Assembly (NCBI GenBank): GCA_043228905.1
Contig: JBHGNT010000003.1
Coordinates: forward strand, 24,056,001-24,120,000
Reading direction: 5' to 3'
From: Azolla caroliniana
Taxonomy: Eukaryota; Plantae; Polypodiophyta
DNA: 64,000 bases
This document shows, one piece after another, positions 21,230 to 43,947 of the stretch. A model generated the notes under the pieces. That model had not been told where the DNA came from. It saw nothing but the letters and a program-made list of their open reading frames with translations, and did no database searches. The stretch's first letter is position 1; every line of letters starts with the position of its first letter. The position numbers were made by a program, and so were the translations under genes.

Positions 21230-24200
21230 TTAATGAAAAAGTCGAGGCCGTGAACGGAGAGGAACTTTTCCTTTTAGCTTTAATCGACGATAAGCTTCAC
21301 GAATATGGCATGGCCTTGTGGGACCTGTCTCTTTCCTTTCAGTCATTACTACTCTTCCTGCAACAAAACCAATGAAAATTGAAATTTTTCATCAGTTTTG
21401 AATACATAACTTAGAGAAAGTATGAAAAGATAAGACCAATTGAAAAAGGACATTGTGTATAATTGACATTTTAGTTTTTACCCATCTCAACAAGCTCTCC
21501 AACAAACATTTTTGCAATTCCTGACATCACTATAGTCATTGGCATCGAGATGGCACAGCCTGCGACACTTTGCAGAAGCTACATTCAAAATTGGTTCCAT
21601 CAGAAATACAAACAAATAACACTATGATAGCCTAGATAAAACCATATCTACATTCATGCACTTGCATCACAAGCAAATAACACAAAAGGATGGTGCTAAG
21701 ACTGCCATCTGTATTGATAGGCTAGTAGGATATCTACATCCAACGCATTTTCATCAATACAAAACATGTGGCTCATAAAGGTTGTTAATATAACCATTTA
21801 CATCCAGATGCACACCCCATCAGAAAAACACAATCAAACAACCCGCTTGCTAATCTAACCACCTATATCCAAAGGCATAACCATCAGAATACAACACAAA
21901 TAACACGGGCAGATTTATTGGATAACCATCTACATTGAAAGGGATTTCCATCAGACCAAATAAAACATAAAGATCGGTAAGATAACCATCCATAATCAAA
22001 GGCGTCTCCTTTAAACAATCAAATAACACACAAAGATTGGTACGCTAACGACTCATATTCAAAGCCTCGTCCAAATAGAAACACAGACAAATAACACAAA
22101 TGTTTCTAATAAGATAATCATGTGAACACGAAGGTACTTCCACTGGTAACATGAAAAAACATATAAAGGCTTGTAAGAATATAAACCATCCACATCCAAC
22201 GACAATTCCTTTGGAAATACAAAAAAAATTATACAGAAAGAATGTTACGATAACTCTGCCCCAGATACGATTATGAATTCTCATATTATATGCACAGCCT
22301 TCAGTTGTTTAAACGTTTCAATATTGTTCTAGTTTGCAGGAATGTTAAGATAATTTTACCCTAGATACGATTCTGAATTCACAAATGATATACACAGCCT
22401 TTAGTTATTTAAACATTTCAATATTATTCTAGATTACTTGTTTAGTATTAAAACGACTTTGCTTTTTAGGTCATATTCTACAACTAGAACCTATTTGTTG
22501 TACATCTCCTTGTTTACTGTCTTAAATTCTTGGGATAATCAAACATCACATTGTTTGCAAGTTATTGGAGCCTATTACTTCTTAATTCACAAAAAATGGT
22601 TAACAATTTGCAACAATGTTCACATGAAGAAGCAGAAACTAATGGACATAGCTGAAGGGTTTCGTGCAATTCTGGCCTGAAATTTATGTACATGAACTGA
22701 AATTGGAGAGGATATGTGTCACTGTTTAGGTGTTCTTAGAGTTGCCAGTGATAGACAACTAGGCATGAAATATTTGGCAACTAACCAGGAATATGAATAC
22801 AACATTCGAATTTTGGATTGGGCTTCATAAGTTCCATGGATCAAGTGGTATTTTCTTTAGGCAATCCATCTTTTGAATGTATTTTTATTCTCCTTTTCTT
22901 GCTACCTTCTTTGTAGGAAGGTTTCTCACCACTATTCTTAAATTGTCACGATCCAAATTAGAAACAAACCTTTGAGGGTATGAGTACGCTGTTTAGACCT
23001 AATGCAAAGGTCCTGAACTCCAGGTGTGATACAATTATCCAAAGTAGAATATATAATTGGTTATGACAGGCTTTTATGTAAGAGAAGGAACTAGACGTTA
23101 ATGATATATTCTCATCTAGGGTTTAGAAGACTACTTTAAGGAAAACTGTAAAGCTTGGTCAGTTATGAGGATCTGTGGCTTGTACATATGGAATCTGGAT
23201 GTCAAGTCAACTTCTTGTATGATGCTTTATATGAAGACATTTACATGAAGGAAAGCAAGGGGTGCATAGTTCAAGTTAAAGAGAAATTGACATGTAAACT
23301 CAAGGTTAAGTCTAGAAACTCGCGAGGCTACAGAGATAGTGGCGTAGAGCAGTGTCTTTACATAAAGAAAATATCATAATCTCATGTGTAAGCTTTCTTA
23401 TCTTGATGCTTCATTGATTGCTGATATTTATGAGGATACAGTAATGCATAAGACCTTTGAGCGAAAACCAAAAGGTCTTGGCATCACAATACTAGAGCAT
23501 AGAGTACGAAGTTGATATATATGTCAAAATAAAAGCATGTTAACCTTGCATATAGAGACAGTTGAGTAATCATAGAGAGAGGCTCCAAGAGGAACCTGCT
23601 GTCTCCAACAATAAATTGTTCCAATCCACGAAACAATAATTTGCCTAGTTGTTTTTATTATTGAAATTTTGGGAATAATGTATAGTTCGATGCTTAATTT
23701 AATCATAAAACCTCCCAATGATGGATCTACTTGTTTTCTTGTGTTGTACTCATGAAAATACAAGGACTTTTTTAGTACGAGTAACAGAATTAATTCCGTT
23801 AAACGAAGTGGTTCTAATGATCATTAAAAAACCTAACTACCTCAGACAAGAAACCCTTCTTTATGGCTCTTCTATCTGTTAGATTGCTTACAAACATTAA
23901 AATTGTTACAAGGATATCCAGAAATTCTCATAAGGGTATTGTAAATGAGCCTTGAAAAGTTCATAAGAACTTCCAAACCTATCCTATCAAAATGCTTTTG
24001 CATCTGCTTGACTCTATAAAAACATTAAAATTAATTATAATATAATGAAAATCGAACTGAATGCTTAAAACAGACATTTTCGATTTTACAAAAATACAAT
24101 TGTATATAATATTTAAACATCATATAAAGTAATTAATCAGACACACAACGCTTTTTACAAACATTGCATTTCACCACAGAAAAATGTACCCGTCTCATAT

Positions 24201-25472
24201 TCGCCTTTTGGAATCCCGATCTTCGATAGCACTCATAGCGACTCATTTGTTCAGCTGTGAACTGAGACAAGATCCTTCTGGAAAACACAATGAAACGGTG
24301 GTCACGAGCTCAAAGGTATGGTGTACGTTTACCCGCTCAAAATATGAAATTTTTGTTACTTTAAAATGCTCGTCATTATCTCAACAAAGAAATAATTTCG
24401 TGTTTCATTTCATAAAACTTGATTTTTGTGAAAAACTATATATGTATGTATGTATGCATAAACTGATTAATATTCAAAAGTACTGTAGATCTTCGAAAAA
24501 CTATGCACTCGATACTTATCTGAACCAGTAAACAAATTACATGTTTCTCAACATAAAACCCACTTTCATGAAAATGTATATCTATTAAAATCAATTTAAA
24601 CTCAAACGTACCCAAGATATTCCAAACTATATGCCCTTCTTAAACGGGTAATACTACAAAGTATTTTTTCGTGAAAATTTAAATATGTTAAAACCAATTC
24701 ATGTTCAAGAACACCATTGAAGATCTGAAATAGAAAGTATTGGTTGATAGAAAAGGTTTAGGGAAAAAGGCATATACTTAGAGCAACCTGAATGGTTCCA
24801 AACAGATTTTAGAGAGAGAAAGCAAACAAATATCAAAATAGAACATGCCTTACACTCTAAAATCAGATAAAACGGCGATATATATGGAAAGGATTTTCAA
24901 TGAAAAAAGAATACCGTGAGTGACATATATACTTACTGCATTTTCTCAGTATCGATGGTCTGAGTCTTTCCAAACTCAATCTCCAAACTCTCTTCATCGT
25001 CATCTTCTTCTTCTTTCATCTTTTCGGATCTTCTGGCAGGAATGATTTTCTCTTCTTCTTCATCGCTACCAATGAATTTTCTCTTCTTCAGCAGTTCTTC
25101 CTTAGTCTTGTCAGCCTCTTCTTCTTCTTCTCCCTCTTCTTCGTAATTTACTTCTTTTTCTTCGTGTCTGGCCTGTCCTCCTTTCTCTTGGTGATTATGA
25201 TTGTGATGTTCTTCTCCCATGTGATCATCTTCTTCATCGATGTCTTCATCACCTGCGTGAGAAATCTTTCCTCTACTCACTTCTCCTTCCCCTTCTCCTT
25301 CTCCTTCTCTTTCTCCTTCTTCTTCTCCTTGTCTTTCTTCTTCACCTTCTCCATCTCTTTCTCTTTCTACTATCAGATCTTCATCGTCATCTTCCTCCTC
25401 TTCGTCATCATCATCTTCCTCGTCATCCTCATCATCTCGTTCTACTGCTGCTGCGATACGCTTGATGACCAT
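21230..25472 (-). CDS. TAF11: TFIID subunit TAF11 (histone fold, TAFII28 family), 282 aa; exons 25472-24937, 24277-24190, 21578-21482, 21357-21230
   Basis: Hand splicing with GT-AG junctions and consistent phases gives an acidic N-terminus, then KMQRILSQFTAEQMSRYECYRRSGFQKANMRR-LLQSVAGCAISMPMTIVMSGIAKMFVGELVEMG-RVVMTERKETGPTRPCHIREAYRRLKLKGKVPLRSRPRLFH*, matching the plant TAF11 C-terminus. Confidence 0.92.
21590..22440. repeat. Degenerate intronic tandem array (~65-75 bp unit) plus a ~100 bp duplication in TAF11 intron 2
   Basis: 'caaataacac...taaccatctacat..aaagg..ccatcag' recurs over 21590-22250. 'agatacgatt.tgaattc...cacagcctt.agtt.tttaaac.tttcaatatt.ttctag' occurs twice, at ~22263 and ~22363. 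Confidence 0.6.
22950..23400 (+). mobile_element. Decayed Ty1/copia reverse-transcriptase fragment in TAF11 intron 2
   Basis: NFLYDALYEDIYMKESKGCIVQVKEKLTCKLK resembles copia RT AFLHGDLEEEIYMEQPEGF...VCKLK. Confidence 0.6.
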
Positions 25473-26049
25473 GATCTTCTTTCCGTCCTGCTCCGCTTTG
25501 TGAACACAGCAGGAGAAACAGAAACAGAGAGAAAGGAATGAGAATGAAATGTAGTGTTTTTAAACAAAGAAAACAGATATACTAATTTGTGATGACAAAA
25601 CCAAAACCCAAAACACTTGGGAGAGGGAAAAGAAGAAGAAGAAGAAACTCCGAATGCCATCCATCATGATCCCATTCATATCCAAATATGTCCACCAGAA
25701 TGTCCCCCCATCTCAACTTATGGCCACGTTAACCACTCTTTTGGGAACCCTACCCAGCAAATGCTCTAACTAGGACCACATGATTTGACACGATCCTTGT
25801 GGCCAGTCCATTACCGTTGTACATTCACGATCGATCGATCGATCGATGAAACATTATAGCAGTACATTCACAATCGATCGACACAGCATTATTGTATTAC
25901 ATGCACAATCGATCGACAAACCATATGTGTCATGACACGTCCAAACTGTATAATAGAACTCGTTCTATAGTGATTATTGAACTTGCTTGTCTTAGCAAGC
26001 TTGTCCATGCCTACCTGCCCAACCATTAGCCATGTCTGCCTTTTTTTAT

Positions 26050-27835
26050 TCCAAAAAAAACTCCTTCCATTAGTTATAAAACTTTTACATATGACAATGT
26101 TATATACAAATCCCAGTAGGGGCACGACAGTTCCATCTTATATCGAGGCCCGTTGACTCCAGAAAGGGATAGGATGACCATTGTTGGATGAAGGTTAATC
26201 ATTGTCTTCGACTCCATCAGATCCGCCCTTGAGGCCATCATATTGGCTCTTTAGAGTGGCTACAACTTCACTCCATATCTCCTACAGTAACACTACTTGA
26301 TGCACGGTTTGATTGGAAAAGACTCGTCTACATTGTTGTTTCCAAAGAATCCAAAGAGCTATTGGGCTGACCAATTCTAGCACAACTTGAGCTTTGGCAT
26401 TAATAGAAGTTGAGTGGATATTATCGATGGTGGAAAACAAAATCCCTTGTGCCTTTATCACTAGTGGCACCCCCTCGTCCCGATGTTCGTACTTGTCAAC
26501 TGGGGCCTACGGTGATCACCAACATACATTTCCCCATTTGATTGTGCCTTGCACTTGGCATAATTGCAATAAGCAACCAACCCCCCTGCCATAGTTGATG
26601 GGTCTTTGGGCAGTCCCACAAAGCATGTCAGATTGACTCTATTATATTTGGGCATGCTACACAATTAGGAGAGTTAAGGATTCCACGCGGCCACACTCCA
26701 ACCAGAAGTGACCTATGTATTACTAGCCATTAGAATGTGGTAATTCGCATATTGTGGTGTTGTTTCTATATATTCTGCCAAAACTCATCCATGGGGAACA
26801 TGATATATTTGCCAAATCTTTGTAGCAACTCTCGGGCGGTTTGAGCAGTTGGAATGTGGCATCTCAATCTAGTTGTGGATTGAAAGAAATGGATGGAGTT
26901 GCTTCCTATACCCGCATAAAGATTGCGCCACGCCCATTGCAAAGGGTTCGAACAGACCTTACATAGCCATGTATTTTCATGAAGACATATGTGTCATTTT
27001 GGTTGTACTTTGATCAGACTAGGGTCTACATATGTGAGTACTCGAATTGCCATGTTCAATGTTGGTACCTCATTGTCTCGCATTTCATGGCCTTGGATCT
27101 TGTCCGATGTTTCCCTACCTCGTGGGATCAAGATGCCCTCCTCTTCGTCGCCTATCCACGTCTTTGTTTTCGTCGCTTGATTAGCAACTTCCCCAAGCAA
27201 TAGAGCATTCATAATTTCAGATCTCATACTAGTCCATCCATCCCTGATTCCATGGAGTATGTTGGCTTGATCTTGTAGTGGCAATGACATAAACCATCTC
27301 CAACATTCTATACTTTTTTGTGAACCTTCTGCAATGCTTCTCAATGATAACCCCTTACTTGATCCAACTAGTTGATTAGATTCACCTATGATACATGGGT
27401 TCCACAAGATGTGTTGACTGAGCTAGGCAGGTTTAGAGTTAGGTTGATCACACTTGAGTCCTCGTCTTATGTCACACCACACCTTCCACATGGATGCACT
27501 GAATCTATCCTCCAATTGGCATGAGAAACTTGGTTTGAGATCCATGTTTAGAATCCATCCCATCGGAGGGGCCCAATTAGCCCCTTTCCGTGGTGTAAAG
27601 TAAGCAAAACATGTTCGCAATAGCATTTTCCAGCATTCATCCCCTGGTTGGAGTCCTCGTACCACAAAATTGGCGAGTAATGCTTTGGACTGTGAGAGGG
27701 GATCATTATACCCAATCCTCCTCTCGACTTGGGTGATGCGAGCACATGCCACACCACCTTGCATCCCATCAAGCCAACAATAAATTCCGTTGAAATACTT
27801 TACCCCTTTGCATCACGAACTTGGGATTGATACAT
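26050..27835 (-). mobile_element. 5'-truncated decayed LINE (non-LTR) ORF2 C-terminal fragment
   Basis: KVVWHVLASPKSRGGLGI, SMWKVWCDIR, WNPCI and IALWILWKQQCRRVFSNQ are typical post-RT / zf-RVT motifs of L1/Tx1-type LINEs. Frameshifted. Confidence 0.8.
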
Positions 27836-28911
27836 CCACCTGCATAATTCAGAGGAAATCAACAAATAAATTGCCTAAGGCATTGGGTATTTGAATACAA
27901 TGTACACAAACTTCTTTGTACAACAAAGGCCACTCCAATTACATGTATGTCCTAGCATATAAAATTGATGCACACATACACATACATCTTACATAAACCT
28001 TGGATGTCCTATGTTACTACTATATCAATGCTCTTGAAGGACATGACACTTGTAGCCATGTCTGTAGTGACACAAACTATATAAATTTATGAAGTAATGG
28101 CCCATTTCAAACAATCTTCCGCCAGCATAGTAGTGCCAACATAAAGATGAAATTAGTGTGGCACATTACTCTTGTGACCTTTCGACAAAGTGGGGTGGTG
28201 TCTTTCTACTAATAGCCACATTTTCATATCCATAGAATCCATGACATGACTCCTCTATAGCCATCATAAAATCATTCATTACGCAAGTAAATTATAGACC
28301 ATGGTTGGTAGGCGCACAATTAGGGGTATGTGCAATTACCTTACTTTATGCTTTGTCTATATCTTTGTACACCATCAAATTCATGGAAAATTTCCAACTA
28401 ATAAGCTTTTCTCATCCTTCTAGTACATTTGATTTACAAACCACCAAACAATTTCATGCTCAAACATTGGATATATGAAATAAATCTCTGATACAAGTTG
28501 AATAATTGTAGTGGGTGTTTTGAAGTTGTCATTGGATTAACATTCGGACGTCGCATCCAAAAACAGGACCATAAAGTTCATGACATAAGCACATTATTAA
28601 TCATTCTCATAAACATGGTTGGACCATGCGGAGGTTAAGTTGCATGGCCATTAGTTCGTGATGGCTAAAACAAGTGTATGGAATGTCATTTTATGGGCAT
28701 CCTCATTTTGTACATTGTTGTTGTACACAGTGAGAGGAATGTAGAGGAGTGAGTCCAACGAGCACCTTCAAAAAGGTGAGTGAGAAGGCACAAGAGGTAA
28801 TATCTGTTGCATGGAAGAAGATATACCGTGATGGGATGGATACATAAATTGGTCTCGTGGGCGGGTGCGAGTGTTCATTAGGGCATCATGCTCTCTCTCT
28901 CTCTCTCTCTC

Positions 28912-31900
28912 AGTAAAAGCACACAATTATATTAATTGTATATGAAATTCACTTAATTACAATGCTTCTTAGTCTCCTCTACCTATCATATGCCTATGTA
29001 GGGAGAGGGACATTCTTTAATGTTGTTAAAAAACCTGAATATGCATTTGAGGAAATGATCCCCACATGCTCTAACATCCAAAAATTCCACATGAGAATAC
29101 CTTTCAGCTTCTTTATATAGGCTTTCACCCCATGTCTATTATCAAACATGAAAGCATTACGCATATTCCAATTGTGATGTAGACCCCAATAACGTAAAAA
29201 TTGGAATAATATCTCCATCTCATCATTTGAACCATTTTGAACATATTGAGAAAAAACCCATTGTTGAGGTCTCAAACAACATCGGGTTAAAACTTGCCAA
29301 ATGTCCGATGAGTACTTCCAAATGGTACACACTATAGGACATTTAATGAACTTATGTGTACTATCCTCCAATGGAACAGTGTAAAAGAAACAAGTGCTAG
29401 ACCATAGTCCTCGCCTCTTTAAGACCGAACCTAATGGGAGCCCACCAATCATGACTCTCCATATGAATATCTTTGCACGAAATGGTAGATGGGAATGCCA
29501 ACCATGTTGTGATATTTTCCACCACCTTGCATCTGACTTACATACATTCCACAACTTCGTTGCTTTAGGAGATAGCCAAGATAATGATGTCATCGCATGA
29601 TGATACAATATATTTGTAGTGACCTATACAATATATTTGTAACCGCCAATCCACCCAAGGTGCAAAATTTGTTTTCAATTGCAAAGATCCTTCCAACAAT
29701 GGTATATCTTGTAATTTCTCCCAAATAAATCCATAATTTGGGGGAATACATAACCATCGCTTGGCATCTTCACATTCCAACAACCTTTGAGATTCATTAT
29801 CAACCACATCTTCCAAATGTGCAATTCCCAATCGAAATAAACGATTGAATTGAGATCTCAACTTCTCTTTCCCATGCCAAAACAACACTTGAGAAGAAAC
29901 AAACAATTCATTTTGTAATGAATTACAATATTTTCGATCACTTGATGGTCCCCATTCAAAAAGAGATAATGCATCTTGCCACGATCTTACCAAATGTTGT
30001 CCACATACAGAATGTCAAATCTTTAGAGGAAAACTTCCATTGAGTAATGACCACTAGGATGCTTGAAACTTTGTTTTCTCGTGCACCAATCCTTCATGCT
30101 TAATAAAATATTGCATCATAGATATCCATGGTTGATCTTGTTGACGTATATTTCGTAATAATGCAAATCTATGAGCCATCAAATGCCTTTCCAAATCCAA
30201 TATTGTTGCACCACCTAACATTTTAGGAGTAGCCAAATGGTCCCATGAAATCCATGTAACTCCCATCATTTCTCCCTTCCACCACAACATGAACCGAATA
30301 GGTTGTAGCATGTTTTGTAATGTCTTCTTAGTCCAAGGTAGTAAATACAAAAAATATAATAACATGGGTATCAAGATACATTGCACCACTTTGAGTCGTA
30401 CATGAAAGGTCCATAAATTGAGAATTCCAATCCATAAATTTGTCATTCAATTTACTACCAATCCAATCAATCAATTGAACATTTGTAACATCAACACCTA
30501 ATGGATAACCCAAATGTCTATAAATTGATCCTCGTGTAATCACTGACCCTCGCCATCCCAAACATTCCAAATCACTCTCCGTACAAGAAATAAGTGTGAG
30601 ACTTCCTCCAAATTATATACAACCCTGAAGCCAAAGCAATTTGATCCCAAACTTGCGTACTCCTTTCAAGATTTTCTTTTGAGGCTTGTAAAAACATAAA
30701 AGAATCATGAGCCAATGCTTGTGTCACCGATTGTCCACCAGAAGGAAGATGCAAACCCACAATACCACCACTAGCCGCAAGATTTGACAACATTACTAAC
30801 AAAGGGTGTGTAACAATAGCAAATAACAATGGGCGTAGTGGACATCCTTGCCACACGGATCTAGTAAGAAACACTTTCGGAGTAACACCGCCATTAAGCA
30901 TCACACGTGAGGTTGCATTTTGCCCTAGCAAAAAGATAAGTCGACACATACGAGGACCAAACCCCATATTATACATCACACCTGAGAGGAAAGACCAATT
31001 AACATGATCATATGCTTTTTCCAAATCTAATTGCACCATAACCATTTCTTGATGTGTATGTCGAGCATAATTGGTAGTCATTTGAACATTCAAAACATTA
31101 TGCAATATATTTCTACCTGTAATAAAACCATATTGAGATGGATGAATAAGTTGAGGCAAGAATTTCTGAGGTCAGTTGGATAATATCTTTGCAAACACTT
31201 TGTACAACCCTCCCATCAATGAAATAGGCTTCCATTGATGAAATGACTCCGGAGATGGTACCTTTGGTATCAATTTGATTAAGCCCACCTTCCAGCTCTC
31301 AAGCATGAAACCAGAATCCCAACATTGTTGAAACATTTGTGTGAATGAGTCTTAAGCATGCAATCATACTTCATAAAAACTTCATTTATAACACCATCCC
31401 AACTAGGGCTTTTACCATTTGGAAGGTGTAACAATACCTTTTCCACCTCAGCTTCTTTAAAATCAACATCCAATTCTTGACAAATATTTATATTCACAAC
31501 ACTCCCAATTACATTATAAAACTCTCGTCATGCTTTCAACACATCCTCATTAATAATCAACTTTTGCCCAATCAAAATCTTAAAATGAGTAATACATAAC
31601 TCAATAACCTTGATTGGGTCTACAACAATGTCATCCCCTATCTTAATTTGTACCACATTTGAACGAGCATATGGTGGTCTTAATCCTTGAAAAAATAGAT
31701 GAAATTGCGATTGATTATCTATAAATCCCTCCTTTAATTGATGTAGTCTTGTATGTTGATAACTTTGACAAGACAAATTCTTCACAATGTCTTGTACTTG
31801 AACTTGAACATCCAAAAGCTCTTCATCATGCGGATTATTCATTGATACTACATTGCATCGCGTAAGAATATATGAAAACTTACCAATCAATTTCTTACGT

Positions 31901-32513
31901 CTTTTAACATTAGTCATACCATACATACGATGAATATTATTGATGTTTTGTAGTGTTGTATCCCATGCATACCATCCTTCTGAAATAACTTGTTCTGAAA
32001 ACATGCCAAATTTTTGTTGCATATAGGCATCAAATAAAGAATGTAATAATAAAGAAGAATTAAACCTCAAAGGAACTTGATCAAGCAATGCTTTGCACAT
32101 ATCTACCCCATGTTTATTAAACTCAAAACATATGGGAAAATGATCCGATGTCACAACCTCTTGCATAATTGAGATATTAAGCATCTATGGCAAAAAGGGC
32201 TTGTCATGCACATTGCATAACATGCATTCTATCTAACCTACTCCATGTTTCCTTATATTGCATAGACTGAAATGCAAACACAACCTCATCTTGATGCAAC
32301 CATTTTCATACATCCAACTTCAAAACCTCTGATGCCAATTTGTCCCAAACTGCTTGCTCAGGAGAATCCATCAATGGGAATTGTGAAGTAGATTGTGAAG
32401 CATCAACACACATATTAAAATCACCCATTAACAAACCAACATGGCCCACTAATAACTGTGGATACATTGAAGACCATAATTCAATGTGTTGATTAACATG
32501 ATTAGGTGCATAG

Positions 32514-32514
<1 letters not shown>
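28912..32514 (-). mobile_element. Decayed LINE (L1/Tx1-like) ORF2: AP endonuclease, reverse transcriptase and zf-RVT
   Basis: EN motifs IYAPN, LLMGDFN, SDHFPI. RT motifs LPNGKSPSWDG, LIHPSQYGFITGRNI, LDLEKAYDHVNW, QGCPLRPLLF, YRHLGYPLG. Also ISWDHLATPKMLGG and AKIFIWRV...EDSTHKFIKCP. Several stops and frameshifts. Confidence 0.92.
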
Positions 32515-32548
<34 letters not shown>

Positions 32549-32872
32549 GATCATCATGATGCAATGTTCTCATCTCACGTCATAGAAATTGTTGGTTGAT
32601 GAATGTGTGCAAGCTCTTTCTGGTATGGATCCACTCCACTATATTATTGGGTCTCTTGTTGGCTTCTTGACACACCAAAGGAAGTAAAGAGTTTGATTTT
32701 GTCAAGGAGTTCCTTCTCATATTAAGCAATCTATGTCAAAGGTATCTAGTCCGGGGACCCATTGACCGTCGCGAGGATAACTACAATTTGTCATTCGATA
32801 GGGATAAGGAGAAATCTCTCGAGTGTAAGTTATGGACACACCAAAGGAGGAGGCGAGAGGCTATGTCCCAAT

Positions 32873-32982
32873 CCCTCCCTCCCTCCCTCCCTCCGTCCAT
32901 TCTATCCTCCATCCATCCCTTCATCATCCATCCGTCCATATATCCATCCATCCATCCATCCATATTATGTATCCATCCATAG
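32873..32982. repeat. (CCCT)n/(CCAT)n pyrimidine-rich microsatellite in the AIM1 5' region
   Basis: Seen directly, ~110-220 bp upstream of the ATG at 33095. Confidence 0.8.
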
Positions 32983-33094
32983 AACAAAGACACCCTCTCC
33001 CTCCTTCCTCGCCCCCTTTCTATTCTCACGAGTACAAAAAATTTGAATCACTTCAGATTGAAGCTTAGCTCTCCCTGAGAAGTAACCAGTCATC

Positions 33095-41400
<8,306 letters not shown>

Positions 41401-43903
41401 ATTGAAGGATATATGGCTTGTTAATAAATAAAAACAATGGATATAACAACTATTATGTATCTGGTTGTATTCTTTCGCTAATAAGGTATCTTATATACAA
41501 TCAGCTTCAACTGGTTCGTCTTCATTGCAATATCCCGTACTCAATGACAATAATTTACGAGTTGCGTAGTAGCATTTTGTTACGGTTTAAATTACAAAGC
41601 ATAAATTATAGGTTGTTATGTTTCATCTGATATAACAATGCTGGTATGTTTTATCTAAATATAACATTCTTTATCAAAGTAGTGCCAGAAGCACCGAGGG
41701 ATTCGACTCGTTCACCATAGTTCGTGCCATCAGATCCACCATGTACTTGCTTTGATGTGATTCCAACGACCGATTCACCTCCTCCCACATTGTCGGCATC
41801 AAGCCCTCTGCCACCCCAAGCCCATCTTTTGACCTTCGTCCTTTCTCCATGTCGTAAACCTCCTTGTTTCTCTCAAGGGGGAAATGTGGTGTGCATGTGT
41901 TCCTTTGTGCCACCCTTTTAACACACCCTTTTTATCATGCATGTACCTAAGCCAACCCACCCTTTTAACACACCCTTTTCAGCTAAGTCAACCCAAATAG
42001 GTACCTTCATATCGACTATAAATTGAGCAAGAAGTAAGAAGCTAAGTAGGCTGGTTTTGATCTCTTATGTGCATTTCACAATATAAAGCGACATGTATAA
42101 TTTGTTTTCTGGTTTTATTGTTCACATTCTTGATCTTCATTAGCCAAATTGTTCTTTGTTTGATCATCTCACTCAATAGAATTTTTATCCAATCCTTAGA
42201 ACCCATTGCTAACTAAATTTATTCTTTTTATTGGTTGAATAGATTGGTACAAGGAAGCCCAACATCTTGGCAATGCTTTCCCCTCTTGCCTAGAAGAGTT
42301 TACTCAACTCACCTTTCAAACATTTTCCATTGATAGATCGCCCTATTTTTTTAGTATACAACATATATAAGCATGAGAATATGGTCAATTATTCAACTTT
42401 GTAATATGCTTCCTTGTTTTATTCAGGTAAAGAGTTGGTATTTAGTACGACTCTATATCAAGCCACATAACATTATTGGTTAACATGATTAGTAATCCAT
42501 ATGCATGAAGTAAAAGGTATGTTGATATGAGCATGCCATCCAAATGTGAAGGTATTATTAGTCTAACCAATGCTCAAGGGGAACATGAATTTAAAAGCGT
42601 TTAGTAGTCATACTCTTGGTGTGGTCTTTGGAAGTCCTAAGTGTTGACATACTCATAAAAATGACCAAACTATGGAGTAAACCTAAAAAAGTATGAAATT
42701 TGGAAGATAAAATCCATTGTCAGATTGCGTTTTACTCGATGGAAACTTGATCCTAGTTGCTATATCGTGCCCTTGGTGAGTCCAAGACAAGGCTAATAAG
42801 TGAAGGCAAAATGTTGTGTGTGATGCATTGCTAAAAGAAAAGGCATTTTTGTGTTGTATGATGCATTACTAAAAGAAAAGTCATTTTTGTGAGAAGAAAA
42901 CTTGCATTTGCTTAAAACAAAAACATAAAGTGTGGAAAATCCTCACTAATATGTGATAATCACAAAATATCTAGAAAAATCCAATATGTATGATAATCAC
43001 AAAAATGCAATTATGTGTTGAAAAAATGGAGCATACGAGCATAACAAGCCCAAGAGGTAAAAACAGAAGAAGAAAACAAAGCAATGTTTTACCTTTGAAA
43101 AACAATCAGGTTAAAACATTAAAGGCAAGAAGAGAAAAGCAAGAACAAAATCTAGAAAGAGAATCAAGGAACATGTGGAACTCTACTATTACAGTAGTGA
43201 ATTGAATGAGAAGCCAACCGAACCAAATGAAAACTTCAAGTGGGACATGAGAGGTGTGGAATTCCGTGCACAAGGACAAAATCCGGAGATATGTAATACA
43301 TACACATACATATATGTAGTAGCAATGCAATGGCAACATTCTGTGTAAGCACTTCGAACCATTTGGGCCAAAGAGGGCTATGTTTAGCGATGGCCCTAAA
43401 TTTCCCATACGACTAGGATCCACATGGTGTCCTGCTGAAACTTAGTCAAGCCCAACCCAAACCGAACCAGACCAGACCATATGTGAAGATCTAAAAGAAA
43501 GCCTTTGGATTTGTGCCCCTCAAAAAAAAAAAGAACCTCACATTCTTTCTCATTCTCCAGCATCATCATTTCCTCTCTTCTGTCTTTTGTGCTTTGTTAG
43601 TCAAACATAGTAGCTTAGCTAGCTAGCTAGCTACAGATACATTCATTTATGCACAACCCCCACAATACCATGGTACATACAAGCTAGATAGTTTCCTAGA
43701 CTACTCTAAAAAAACTACTAGCTATTCCTGTAGGTCACTTCTCACTGGTGTGAAATAGCTAGCTGTGGGGGTCTATCAAAAAACCCCTCACAAGAAGAAG
43801 AAAAACCCACTGACATGTGTCAGATTCTGGACTGACTTCCTTTTGTTTGTTCTCTTTATTATTGTCAAAACTTAGATACCTAAACTCCATCCACCTAATA
43901 CTA

Positions 43904-43947
<44 letters not shown>

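Noticed and set aside
25164-25541. Hydrophobic 125-aa ORF resembling a membrane protein
   Set aside because: It is the antisense shadow of the GAA/GAT-rich TAF11 exon 1.
43600-43850. miRNA precursor
   Set aside because: Only short palindromes are present, with no long foldback and no mature miRNA sequence I recognise.
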